A stretch of DNA of 63,910 bases, the filler included, from Craspedostauros australis (Eukaryota): assembly GCA_030167865.1 (NCBI GenBank). It is 17 parts of 17 records of this genome, joined end to end, with 100 filler letters (N's around TTAATTAATTAA, not from the genome) between each part and the next. Parts side by side here need not be neighbours in the genome. Positions count along the whole stretch, not along the records: positions 1 to 8,688 come from JALAGF010006264.1; positions 8,789 to 21,575 come from JALAGF010006265.1; 15 more parts are not named here. One strand, 5' to 3'. Under the pieces are notes generated by a model that had not been told where the DNA came from, did no database searches, and saw only the letters and a program-made list of their open reading frames with translations. Position numbers and translations under genes: made by a program. This document shows positions 1-10,744 of this stretch, one piece after another (position 1 is the stretch's first letter; every line of letters begins with the position of its first letter).

Positions 1-431
1 GCTGAATGAGCTCCCAACCAAGGTGCTCCTGTGACGAGTGGGAAATCGTGATCTGATCGAATGAACCGATCTGTATGATGCCTATGACTCGGCGATGTCT
101 ATGCTAACAAAACTATTGGTAGAGGGCAGGAGATGGGATATCTGAGATGCATGATGAGATGCATGATGAGATGAACCAATACTGCAAGATGAGATGTACA
201 TGGAGTACATGCTGCATGACATGATAAAGCAGGAGGACAGCACTGCATGAGCAAGGGCAAGACTGTGTGCTACTGTGGATTATGTATGCTTTGGCAAATG
301 GAATTGAAAGTGATGAAGATGTTGTACTCACAGTTCCAACAATGCAACAACAGGAATAGGTAACCAGAGACTATAACTAGAGACTGGGGTACCCCGGATT
401 TCCAACAAGTATAGTTATACCGTCCAAGTGC

Positions 432-1855
432 TTATGAGAGAATAGCGGGTGAACGATGCACATATACATGTACATCTTGACATATACTCACATGTACATC
501 TCGACACACGCCCAGCGGCTCAGGTTTGCGGTGGACGAAGGATAGGTGAGGAAGGTTCCCATTCTTGGTTGTTCGTGGCTTGAAGGCACTCATGGATTCA
601 TCCATCACCTTCAGTGTGCTCGCGCACATGATCTCTGCCCGCTTCGCATTGAAAGCATCCACACCTGGTTGAATTTGCCACCATGGATCCGAGAATTGCT
701 TGGATGTATCCGCGAAAATGTGTGGGACCAGTGATTCTCGGATGGCACGAAACCAATAATTCTTCATGTGGTCGGTGACGTCCATTGGCTGTTTGAATCC
801 TTCAGTGTCTCTGTCGCCCCACAGGCAGGATGTGCCTTTGATAGTGCCCAGAAGGAGCAATCCAAAGAACACCCAAAACTTGTGATGAGATATGAGGTGA
901 TTGTCAATCTGGTCCTCCGATATTCTTGTGGGAAGTTGCCTCATGATGATCCTTTGATGGAGCTTGTCAACCTGGGCCTTCGAGTCGCCAGGCCACATGT
1001 GCTGTAGGAGATGCAGCATGTTGATACGTTGGTACCTGCTGTCCCTGCCCCTGCCCGCGACGGTTAGGTTGGTGAAGTTGAAGTTTGCAACCCCCACCCA
1101 CTCCCGCGAAGATCCATCTTCGGGGCTGCCAATGTGGTCATCTGGTACAACCTTCCATGTCATTACGTTGGCTTGAGATCCCATGTTGATGGAGGTGTTG
1201 TCGGAGATCAATGTGGTCTTCTCTGTGTGATGTGGTTCATAGTGGAGGGTTTGTTCCTCTATCTCAATTGCATAATTCAACACGTTGTTGTCAAAGTTGT
1301 TGTCGATGTTGCAATCCATAGATGCGTCATCCTCCGGCTCTTTGGATCTGCCATCAATACTGACTTCGTTGGTTGGGAAGTTGCGACCGGAACATTGGTC
1401 AGGTGAATGTTGATGGGAGGAGAGTTCAGTGGTAGAGAAGTCGCAGCCGGACCATTGCTCGGGAGAATGTTGCTGGATGGAGAGTTCATCCCAACACCCA
1501 AGTCTTGGCTGGCTGCAGGCGCATCCGCCGGTCCAGTGATCGCCTCTGGTGGCGGGAGGAATCTGTGGCTCTTCGTGAAAGCATCCAACGCCGCAACTCC
1601 TTTTCCGACGAAGATGGTTTGAATGTATTCTTCGACCTTGGTGTCGGGAAGTGGACTTTCATCACCTTCCAGGCGAATGAGGGTTTGGGAACTGTGTTGG
1701 CATACGACACCCAAGGATTCCCAGTGGACGATCCAGTTGTGTTTGGGAAGAACCTTGATTGTGTGTCCCACAATGTAGTCATGCTGTTTGCGAGGTGCGT
1801 TGGACCAACGAGGCCTGCATCTGCCAGTGAGCTTGGGGCCAAGAGTGATCCTCAT
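432..1855 (-). mobile_element. piggyBac-like (DDE_Tnp_1_7/PGBD-type) transposase, frameshifted; similarity is lost after KPEPLG
   Basis: ORF 432-1319 contains DPWWQI..VDAFNAKR..KVMDESMSAFKPRTTKNGNLPHLSFVHRKPEPLG, which covers the first catalytic Asp (DESM) and the KP..G motif of piggyBac. Overlapping ORF 1277-1855 in another frame probably supplies the N-terminus. Confidence 0.8.
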
Positions 1856-1918
1856 GTTGATGTTGTTTGTGTTGCAGATATGTTGGGAGGGGGATGATCA
1901 GAATGTGTGCGATGAAAG

Positions 1919-1988
1919 TGTTGATGTGTCAATCAAATGTTGTGAGCATGTTGATGTGTCAATCAAATGTTGTGAGCATGTTGATGTG
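1919..1988. repeat. 30-bp tandem duplication (about 2.3 copies)
   Basis: TGTTGATGTGTCAATCAAATGTTGTGAGCA occurs twice, followed by a partial third copy. Confidence 0.9.
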
Positions 1989-3870
1989 CAAGAAGTGATA
2001 CAGCGTCATGCCCCAACAAATCGAGCGATCGCCAACTGTTATGGATCCGTTGCACTGCTCTGAAACCATTGTCGCCAGCAACGATCATTGATAGATGGTG
2101 GCAACATCTTGAAACGGCCTCATGGTCATTGCTGCATGTGAACATTGGATTCAANTACAGGTGTTGGTGTGTTTGAAGTCGCCGACACGACACACGCGGT
2201 CCAGCGCGCAGAAAATGAATGGAGATTGGCGCCAACCGACACGACAAAAAATTTCGAATCACGAGCCGGGAGCACCAACTTCAACGGCACACAAGGGGCT
2301 GACGAACAACACACAGCAGGCAACCACCACACCACCGCAACCAGAAGAGACTCGCGATTCCATCAATGCCACGAACAGGTCCAACAGACGAAACAAAGTG
2401 CCAACTGGGGATGGAAGAGGCTTGCGCGCCTGTTTTGAACGGGTTCCGAAAAATGTTTTGTACCAGGGCCCAGTAGAATTGTACGTATAGCCCCTGTGTA
2501 GCCCCTGCGTTTCCCACCGTTTTTATTCGCGGTCGGTTTGGGGAAAACCTCCAAAATGGGGTCAACACAAGCGATAAAATGGAATCCAAGCGATCAACAC
2601 ACAGCAAGTNNNNNNNNNNNNNNNNNNNNNNNNNNNNNNNNNNNNNNNNNNNNNNNNNNAACATCATCAGATAGATCTCACTCTTGGCTTTCGATTGATA
2701 CCATTATTATACATTGTTGTTGGTGATAAGGGTTGGTTGTTTTGATCCGGGAAACTTGTAGCCCCATGTGGCCAATTGTAGCCCCTTTGCGCCCCTTTTC
2801 GGCAAAAAAGCGGATAGGCAGTAGTAGACTGAAAAAGATAGAAGAACTATTGTAGGAGAACTGATGCAGTGCCATGGGGGAACTGTTCAAGTACTTATTT
2901 GTTCACGAAGCGCTCTGAAATTGACTCCAACGAGCAACTTTTCCCGATTTCAAGACCAGCCAGACCCGTGTCGCATCTCTGTCTTCGTGGGCGGCTGAAA
3001 TCGGGAAGTGGTTCCTTGCGAGAATTCTCTAATGTGAGATATCCTGAGACTGAGTTTGTTAATGTTTGCAGAAACAAATCACAGTTGTCAAGTCTTCATC
3101 AAGTTGCCTGTCTCCGCTCTTCGGTCCCGCGTTCGCAAGCATCAGTCCGTCTTCTCTGCTCGACTCGCTCAACTCGAACACGGGCTGCACACAGCATGAA
3201 GGATTCGACAGAACAAAGATGGGACGGGATATGCCCAAGTGCGAAGGACCAAAGTTCCGGCTTTGCCCCAAGTTCAAGGCCAAGTTGTGAGGAACACGAC
3301 ACTCTCACCGGTTACCTGGGTTTCCCACCGCATGTGGCCACGGATGGTGGCAACCAATCATGTCGTTCTTCTCCCTTCGTTGTCAGCGTTTGCAGCACCA
3401 CCTCAGAAGGAACGTATCATCGCGCTAATTATTGAATTGTCGCAGGACGACTACATGACCACCCAATTCGAGCGTCGTCTTGTTCGAATGTCCCTTTCGT
3501 GCAGACAGGTCGTGCTCTGCGAACTATTGTATGCGCGAGGCGCGTGGCTGTTAGTCTTGATTTCCGTGTATGCACACATCGTCCGCTTGATGTGGGGTCG
3601 CCAGGGCAACAAGGAAAGGATTTGACCATGGCGAAATGAACGAACACCAAGCCAATACCTCACGACCAGGCTGTCAAGCACAAGGGGCTCCACAATGGCG
3701 CAGGCCTCCAAACGTCCGCAACAGACACACACATACACATGCACACACAAAGTGCAGCGCTTCTGCAGCCAGAACGACCAGCATCACCGACAATACCAGC
3801 ACACGCTCGCGATACGAACAGCGACCCATACCTGTATCTGTTCCTTTCACAATCGAAAGCAAGAAAGACG

Positions 3871-6800
3871 ATGGCAGCAATCACACCCTCCCCACACGAT
3901 AGCAGGAAGCACGATGATGGCACCACGGCATCTGGCACCGCTGGCTCCGACGGCTCGTGTTGCTTTTCTGTTTCTGCCGACAGCAATACCAATAGACAGT
4001 CGGAACCAAGTGGAGACGGCATGCGCTCTTCGTCCATCCTTCGATCGTCCAGCTTCTCCAGGTCGCCATCCCTGCCATCTACAGACTTCAGCATCGGGAG
4101 CGGTACTGGCAGCCATCATTTTGATAGCGAACTATCCGACCAGGTCTCCATCAGCAACAGACTATCCTCAAGTCGACACAGAGACTCGAACGAACTCGCG
4201 CAACGGCAACCAGTGCTTGCGACAGAGACCAACCGCATGCGTACAGCCAGAAAGCTAGCGGAACTCTCCCAGAGCTCTCTCGACTTCTCGCGCGTCAGTC
4301 TCATCGGACGAGAAAAGGAGAAGCGCGTCCTTGACCATCTATTCCAACAGATCCTCAAGAAGCCAACGTCCGCAGTCTCGGCACCATCTTCATCAGACGA
4401 AGACAATTGCATGACTTCGAATGATGATGAAAGCAACACAAGCTATGCGAGCTATGCGACCAACTCAGACAATCAAAACGCTCTCGGCCAACATGCAAAA
4501 ACGCAGCCAACGACCATCCGATCTCTCGTGACCATCTCCGGATACTCGGGCACTGGAAAATCGGCCCTGGCCAACACACTGCGACCAAAGTGCAAGGCGA
4601 GCAATGTCTTCTTCGTGTCCGGAAAGTTCGATCTCAAGCAGATGGATGAACCGTACTCCGGTTTCCGAATCGCGATGGCCGATCTGTGCTCGCAGATCTG
4701 CGCTCTTCCAAGAAGCCATCCCGGCACGATGCAGTCTGTAGGACAGGATACCCGAACCTTGGATGTGATCAGGCAGCGCATCATGGACAGTCTCAATACC
4801 GACGAGCTGCAATCGCTCAACAAGCTCATTCCCAACCTAGCCGATGTCGTCGGTATCGAGGCACTATCATACAATAATACATCAGCGGCGGAGGCCAGAA
4901 GCGACGACGCAAGCAGCGCACTGTTCACGCACGCACACACCCATTCCACAGAAGGCTTCAAGGAGCAGTCCATTCGACTCAAGTTCGCCTTCCGACGATT
5001 CATCAAGATCATCTGCAGTTGCTGTCCCCTCGTATGGATATCCGACGATGTCCAATGGGCAGACAAGGAATCACTCAACATGATCGAGTCGTGGATGCTG
5101 GACACCACCATCTCCTCTCTCATGGTCGTCATCTGCTTCCGATCCAACCTCGTCAACATGGACGGAATCGACAATGGGAATGCAAGCAATGCTGAAGGCA
5201 ATGTCAGGAATACTATTGGCATCAGCAACAAGCGCCCTTCGGACTTGGACTCTGTGGCCACATCGAGCACAACCGATCTGGTTGGCCAGATGCTGTCATC
5301 CATCCGGAAGAAGAAACGGGACCGCTTCATTCGGTACGTCAATCTCGAGGTAAACAACCTCTCATTGGACAACGTGCACACCATGCTCAAACAGCTACTG
5401 GGGATCTACAGCAACGACGGTGATGACCGCAATAGCAACAGCTACGGACTGGCAGAGATCGTGTTCAAGAAGACGGATGGAAACGTCTTCTTCGTCCAGC
5501 AGTTCATCCGGATGCTCGTCAAGGACACCCTGCTGTCATACGACATCGCATCGATGAAGTGGGTGTGGGACAACGATCAGATCAAGCAAGAGACTCCGGC
5601 AACCATCAACGTGGTGGAGTTGATGGAGCTGAAGCTGCAGCAGATCGATACGGCGCAGTACCTGCTGCCGCTGGCCGCGTGTTTAGGATCCACGTTTTCG
5701 TGGTTGCTGTTGCGAACGGCGCTGGCGGGCTTCGCGGAGGACGATGAGATGAATGAGGATGGGCATCGTGCATTGTACGAGTCGTTGTTTGGTGGACCAC
5801 CACCGGCAAGCGAAGATGAATGGTTGGATATTCTGAAGGTGTACGAAGAGGAGGGACTCATTGAGGCTCATACTGGTAGCAGTACAGCCATGGCAGCCCC
5901 ATCACCTGCTGCGTCCGAATACTCCTTCATCCACGACAAGGTGCAGGAAGCAGCACTTGGAATGATCCCATCGAAGATGCACCTTCTCGAGCTGCAGCAT
6001 CGCATCGGGATCATCTTGATGGATCGGTTGTCTCTGGATGACTTCGAGTCATCTGTGTTCGTGGTGGCGAATCTTCTCAATAGTCGCTTGGACATGGTCC
6101 CGCAGTACCCATCGTCATGGCTGTCATCAAGCCTGCCGCCGCCATCACCACCATCGCCAAAACTAACGCCAACGAAGGATATCGACATCACACAAACACG
6201 ACGCTTCCGAGTTGCACAGCTCAACTTCGATGCTGGAATCAAGGCCGCATCCCATGCAGCCTTCCGGGCAGCATATACCCATCTGCAAAACGCCATCGAC
6301 ATGATGCCACCAGACCACTGGCAATCGCACTACGATATGAGCGTCGAACTATTTACATCAGCCGCAGAGTGCGCTTATGTGAGCAACAGGTTTGAGAAGA
6401 TGAAGAAGTACGGCAATGCGGTGGTCGAGCGCGACGACTGTCCGCTGATCGACAAGATGAGAGCGTATCACGTGCTGATAAATGGAGAACTGGCTTCGGC
6501 CGATCATGGCAAAGCGAGTGATGTGATGAAGCTGGGTGTAGAGGTGATGGCCAAGCTTGGTTACCACTATCCCAAGAACAACACGATGAGACTAGTGATG
6601 ACCATATGGCGAATGATGAAACTGCAAGTATCCGCAAAGAAGTGGACGATCGAGTATTTGAACTCGATGCAGCCATCTGAAGATCCTATGGACGGGCTTA
6701 CCATGAGGACCTTGGGTAAGTGCTTGGTGGGTGCTATACTTGCCGATGGAGTTCTCTACCCTTTGGTCCTGGTGGACCTCATCAACTATGGTTTGACGAA

Positions 6801-7917
6801 AGGCACAACAAACTCCACTGCGTATGCCATCGCAAATCTTGCGGCGGCCATCGGTCCTGTTTTGGGGAACATGGAAGCTGGGAAGCTGTATGCCAACTAC
6901 GCCATGCATTTGTGCGAAGCAAACAGCAGCAAGGCAGAATCAGTCCGTCCCACACTTGCTGCGTACGGCTTTGTGCTGACCAACTTCATACCGTACGAGA
7001 GTTGCGCACAACCACTCCTGGATGCACATCTCGACGGCATGGCGACAGGAGATATTCAAAACGCGATGTGGGTCCTAATCTATTACTTGGACCTGTGCTT
7101 CTTCACAGCGAAGCCGTTGGGAGATCTGGAGTTGGATCTTTCGACATACACGAATCAATGTGAAGACTTCAATCAAACCAGGGTGCGTGAGTTCCTTGCA
7201 AGCAGATGGCAAATGGTGTTGCATCTCAGAGGATGGTCCGATCAACGGACCCTCCTCGTCGGTGAGGTCTTCGATGAAATCACTGTGATGCGACGCCTTG
7301 CACAAGCGAAGGATGAGGCACAAACCATTGACCTGCTTGACATCAAGCTGTTCACAGCGACATACTTCGGTGACTACGACGATGCTGTCAAGACAGCCTT
7401 CGAGGCGTATGAGCATGTCAATGAGAATACGAAGTACTACATCTCGAGCATGTCATTCTTTTTCTTTTCCTCCTTCGCCGCGACGATCAGCGTCCACCAA
7501 AATGGCCATCTCTCATGGTCAAAGCGCAACAAGGTCAAACGGCTGGCCCAACGATCGCGAAAGGCGCTGCGCGCCATGGTGAACAAGGGCAACCCAAATG
7601 CGGTGCACTGTTTTGCCATTCTGAGCGCGGAAAGAACTGCATGGAAGGCGCACAAGAGCAAGCAGAGAGACGACGCGTTCCATGCTGCAGTCAAGCTCTA
7701 TCGGGATGCGATCCGGACCGCTGCTCGAGGAGGGTTCTCTCAGAACCAAGCACTCGCAAACGAACGGCTGGCGGAGCACATGGTGCTGGAGGATGACATG
7801 GAGGGCGCGGGGTATCATTTCGATGAGGCTATTCGACTGTACGAGGAATGGGGCGCCGACAAGAAGGTGTCGTTACTGCGGGAGCGTCGCAAGAGCGTCG
7901 GCGTGACTGATAGATGA
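3871..7917 (+). CDS. STAND/AAA_16 P-loop NTPase (COG3899-like) with a long TPR-like helical C-terminus
   Basis: Uninterrupted 1392-codon ORF from 3739; the ATG at 3871 is a plausible alternative start. Motifs: LIGREKE, Walker A GYSGTGKS, GKFD, Walker B LVWISDDVQWAD, TDGNVFFVQQF, YSFIHDKVQEAA and a C-terminal ALANER..YEEWGA..KV. Confidence 0.9.
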   Translation: MAAITPSPHDSRKHDDGTTASGTAGSDGSCCFSVSADSNTNRQSEPSGDGMRSSSILRSSSFSRSPSLPSTDFSIGSGTGSHHFDSELSDQVSISNRLSSSRHRDSNELAQRQPVLATETNRMRTARKLAELSQSSLDFSRVSLIGREKEKRVLDHLFQQILKKPTSAVSAPSSSDEDNCMTSNDDESNTSYASYATNSDNQNALGQHAKTQPTTIRSLVTISGYSGTGKSALANTLRPKCKASNVFFVSGKFDLKQMDEPYSGFRIAMADLCSQICALPRSHPGTMQSVGQDTRTLDVIRQRIMDSLNTDELQSLNKLIPNLADVVGIEALSYNNTSAAEARSDDASSALFTHAHTHSTEGFKEQSIRLKFAFRRFIKIICSCCPLVWISDDVQWADKESLNMIESWMLDTTISSLMVVICFRSNLVNMDGIDNGNASNAEGNVRNTIGISNKRPSDLDSVATSSTTDLVGQMLSSIRKKKRDRFIRYVNLEVNNLSLDNVHTMLKQLLGIYSNDGDDRNSNSYGLAEIVFKKTDGNVFFVQQFIRMLVKDTLLSYDIASMKWVWDNDQIKQETPATINVVELMELKLQQIDTAQYLLPLAACLGSTFSWLLLRTALAGFAEDDEMNEDGHRALYESLFGGPPPASEDEWLDILKVYEEEGLIEAHTGSSTAMAAPSPAASEYSFIHDKVQEAALGMIPSKMHLLELQHRIGIILMDRLSLDDFESSVFVVANLLNSRLDMVPQYPSSWLSSSLPPPSPPSPKLTPTKDIDITQTRRFRVAQLNFDAGIKAASHAAFRAAYTHLQNAIDMMPPDHWQSHYDMSVELFTSAAECAYVSNRFEKMKKYGNAVVERDDCPLIDKMRAYHVLINGELASADHGKASDVMKLGVEVMAKLGYHYPKNNTMRLVMTIWRMMKLQVSAKKWTIEYLNSMQPSEDPMDGLTMRTLGKCLVGAILADGVLYPLVLVDLINYGLTKGTTNSTAYAIANLAAAIGPVLGNMEAGKLYANYAMHLCEANSSKAESVRPTLAAYGFVLTNFIPYESCAQPLLDAHLDGMATGDIQNAMWVLIYYLDLCFFTAKPLGDLELDLSTYTNQCEDFNQTRVREFLASRWQMVLHLRGWSDQRTLLVGEVFDEITVMRRLAQAKDEAQTIDLLDIKLFTATYFGDYDDAVKTAFEAYEHVNENTKYYISSMSFFFFSSFAATISVHQNGHLSWSKRNKVKRLAQRSRKALRAMVNKGNPNAVHCFAILSAERTAWKAHKSKQRDDAFHAAVKLYRDAIRTAARGGFSQNQALANERLAEHMVLEDDMEGAGYHFDEAIRLYEEWGADKKVSLLRERRKSVGVTDR

Positions 7918-8143
7918 GGTTGTTAAAAAGGTCAGATTTCCCTATTGACGGTAATAGCGTTGAAGTTCCTTTGGTCCAGGCTTGAATGGGTCGCTGTGCG
8001 AATTCGCACTCTTGTGGGTACGTATTAGTGTGCAACAAGGATGGCGCATGGACAGTCGCGTTTGAGCGACATGATGTTGCGTATTGTTCCAAAATTGGCA
8101 ATGTGTCCATGAATCCTGCCAGAGAAACGACGAAGTCTCGCCG

Positions 8144-8688
8144 TCATATCATGTACAAATCGACCAGTATCTGGTACGCTCGTTCTCCCACGTCCTCGAT
8201 CTCTGCGTACTTGGCTTGCATTGCCAATTCTTCGTGTGGCGACTTTGGCTGTTGCCGCACTCGTTCGATACGCTTTGCCTTCCACGCTGAAGGGCGGCTG
8301 TCGATCCCGTTAGGATCAATGATCATTTCTTGCGGTGGTTCTGTGCGCGGAGCGACGAAGAAAATGTGGGAGAAACAAACATGCGCATGAGTGAGTCAGT
8401 TATTGAGTGAATTGGTCTCATGTCTGCGTGAGAATACGCCGGGCACGCAAAAGACATCCGCGACAACAATACTCGTACAACTAGCACCAGAAACAACAAC
8501 AAAGTGGCATTGAAATTGGATGGACGTACCAAAGAATGAAGTGGCACCAGATGTCGTGTGGAGATCATCCATCGTCGTGAATCCTGCATTGCGTTGCTGT
8601 GCGGCCGTGACATCGGATGTCACCACCATGTTCATTTTAGCCTCCACGTCTGAGGCGCTGAATTGACGTTCGTACCCACTTTGCTGGT
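8144..8688 (-). CDS. Small two-exon hypothetical protein, 5' end possibly lost in the gap; intron 8341-8529
   Basis: Exon 1 ends ..TTC TTT G|GTACGT. The intron ends in a pyrimidine tract and CACAG. Exon 2 (AA CCA CCG CAA GAA ATG..) restores the frame to ..FF-E-PPQEMIIDPNG..ERAYQILVDLYMI*. Confidence 0.6.
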
Positions 8689-8788
8689 NNNNNNNNNNNN
8701 NNNNNNNNNNNNNNNNNNNNNNNNNNNNNNNNTTAATTAATTAANNNNNNNNNNNNNNNNNNNNNNNNNNNNNNNNNNNNNNNNNNNN
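8689..8788. other. Artificial scaffold linker N44-TTAATTAATTAA-N44 (first of 16)
   Basis: The same six-frame-stop 12-mer inside N runs starts at 8733, 21620, 25042, 27953, 29911, 32277, 40062, 41377, 42875, 47875, 49618, 51355, 53008, 57417, 59135 and 61199. Confidence 0.98.
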
Positions 8789-8997
8789 TCATTGCTTGGT
8801 GCAATCCTCTTGCACCTCCATGCACATTGCTCTCATATTGCTCGTTGATGTTGACTTGATCGTCAACGTTGTTGTTTCTCTCTCGTTGTCTCGTCGTTGT
8901 TCCGTTCTCAGGTTTTGTTGAACCTGATGATTGATCGAATCTGATGGAATATTCACAACATATTTCATTCCTGTAGACCTGGTAGTTAAGGTCTCGA

Positions 8998-9106
8998 TGT
9001 GACGTCACGTGTGATGGATACTGTGGTATCCGCTGGTATCGCGGTATCCTGCTATCGTAGTATCGCGGTATCCTCGTAGTATCGCGGTGGTATTCCTGTG
9101 ACGTCA
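8998..9106. repeat. Cluster of GTATCGCGGT/GGTATCC motifs bracketed by TGTGACGTCA direct repeats
   Basis: TGTGACGTCA at 8998-9007 and 9097-9106, with GTATCGCGGT three times between them. Confidence 0.7.
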
Positions 9107-10659
9107 TAGTTTTGAGTCGTGATTGCGCCACCAAATATTCTTGATGATGGCGCGCAAGTGTGACTGATGCATACACATCCAAGTACACACATTCCGACAG
9201 GCTTGCAACAGTTGCCGCATGAGAAGCAGCTTGATGTCGACTCGCACATCCCCATTCGGTGTCTCCAACCCTTCCACAAGCTGTTCCCCTCCTGTGTTCA
9301 TGGAGGTGAGGCTTTTCACACAGGGACAATCGTGTACCAAGGCTGATCGAGCAACCCGGACAGACTGGAGCAATGGTGCTTGCGATTGGATTGGTCTCCA
9401 AAGACGATGATTGAGTGTTGTGAGCGGCTGGTCCAGTTTGGCATCGTTGAGTTTGCTGGTGCTGGACAGTGTTGGACAGTGATGGATCTGTGCCATGGCT
9501 TGTTGCCATCATGTTTGTGTCCCATGACCGGCATTGCTGTTCTTTCATGCAGCGTTCCTTTGTAGCTCAGTGTGCATCCCATTGGCCGGACTGCTGATGT
9601 TTCATGTGGCATCACCCTTGTGGGGCCCCTTTGGACATGGTTCTCGCAGCTGTACTTGTTTCAGTATTGCGGGTATTTCATGTCGCAACTCTTGCTTCTT
9701 CCCTTCTGAATGGATGCATCGACAACTGTCCCCATTGTCAGCATTGCTGATGTCTTATGTGCCATCTCCTTGTGCAACCCTGAAAAATGTGTGGTATCCG
9801 ATCTTGCCACCAAGTAGGTGGACAGCCTGGTGGAGCTGGCAGCGATCGCGTCAAGCATGCATTGACGATCAGACCGAAGCCATGTGGGATCATGCCATCA
9901 TCTTTGTCATCGGCCACATTTCGTCACGTTGACTGGAGGTATGAGATGCGCTAGCGAGAGCAAATGTGGAGTCATCTGCTTGTTTCGCTATCTTGCTGCT
10001 CTGTTGTCTCCTTTCAAAACGTGGTTGGCGATTATAATGCTCTTCCACCATCAAGATCTTGATGGTGCCATCCTGCTCTGGTTGTCGCCATCAAGATCCA
10101 AGGTTGGACTGAAATCTGTCACTTGCGTGGCAATGCCTTGGCTGAAGTCGTCCATACCATTGCTGGATGCATCCAACTCTTCCTCTGACAACGAACTGTC
10201 AATGGGGTCGGCTGATGGATTCATGGTGTGCCCTGCTTTGTTCTGGACAGGTGCGTGATGGATAAGCGGCATCTTGAGAGGGACCATTGTGACTGATCAT
10301 CATCCAAGGAAATGCCCCCAAAGTCGCTGCCATTGTCACCCCAGCCACCCTACATGTCTCCATCATCAAAGTTGTTGCCGCTGATGTTGATGTTGATATT
10401 GGCATTGCTGGAGCTGTTCGATGGGCCGAAGAAGCCCATCTTGCTTCGCCCGATCCGACCTGAATAGAGTATGGTGCACTGAAAGTGAGGAATGCTCAGC
10501 CGACACTGTGTCAAAGGACCGAATGGAGAATTTATGACAGGAACACAGGGTGGAGAACATGTTCCCAATTGAATTCAATCTCTCTTCGCTTCATCAACTC
10601 TGCGTTGTTGTGCGTTGTTGTGTGTGGGTTCGTGGCATGGATCCATGCGCCGTGGCGTG

Positions 10660-10744
10660 CTCAGTGTCGTGGAGAGCTCAGTGTCGTGGACTGCTCAGTG
10701 TCGTGGAGAGCTCAGTATCGTAGACTGCTCAGTGTCGCGGAGTG
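10660..10744. repeat. 17-bp minisatellite, 5 copies, alternating as a 34-bp dimer
   Basis: CTCAGTGTCGTGGAGAG / CTCAGTGTCGTGGACTG / CTCAGTGTCGTGGAGAG / CTCAGTATCGTAGACTG / CTCAGTGTCGCGGAGTG. Confidence 0.9.
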
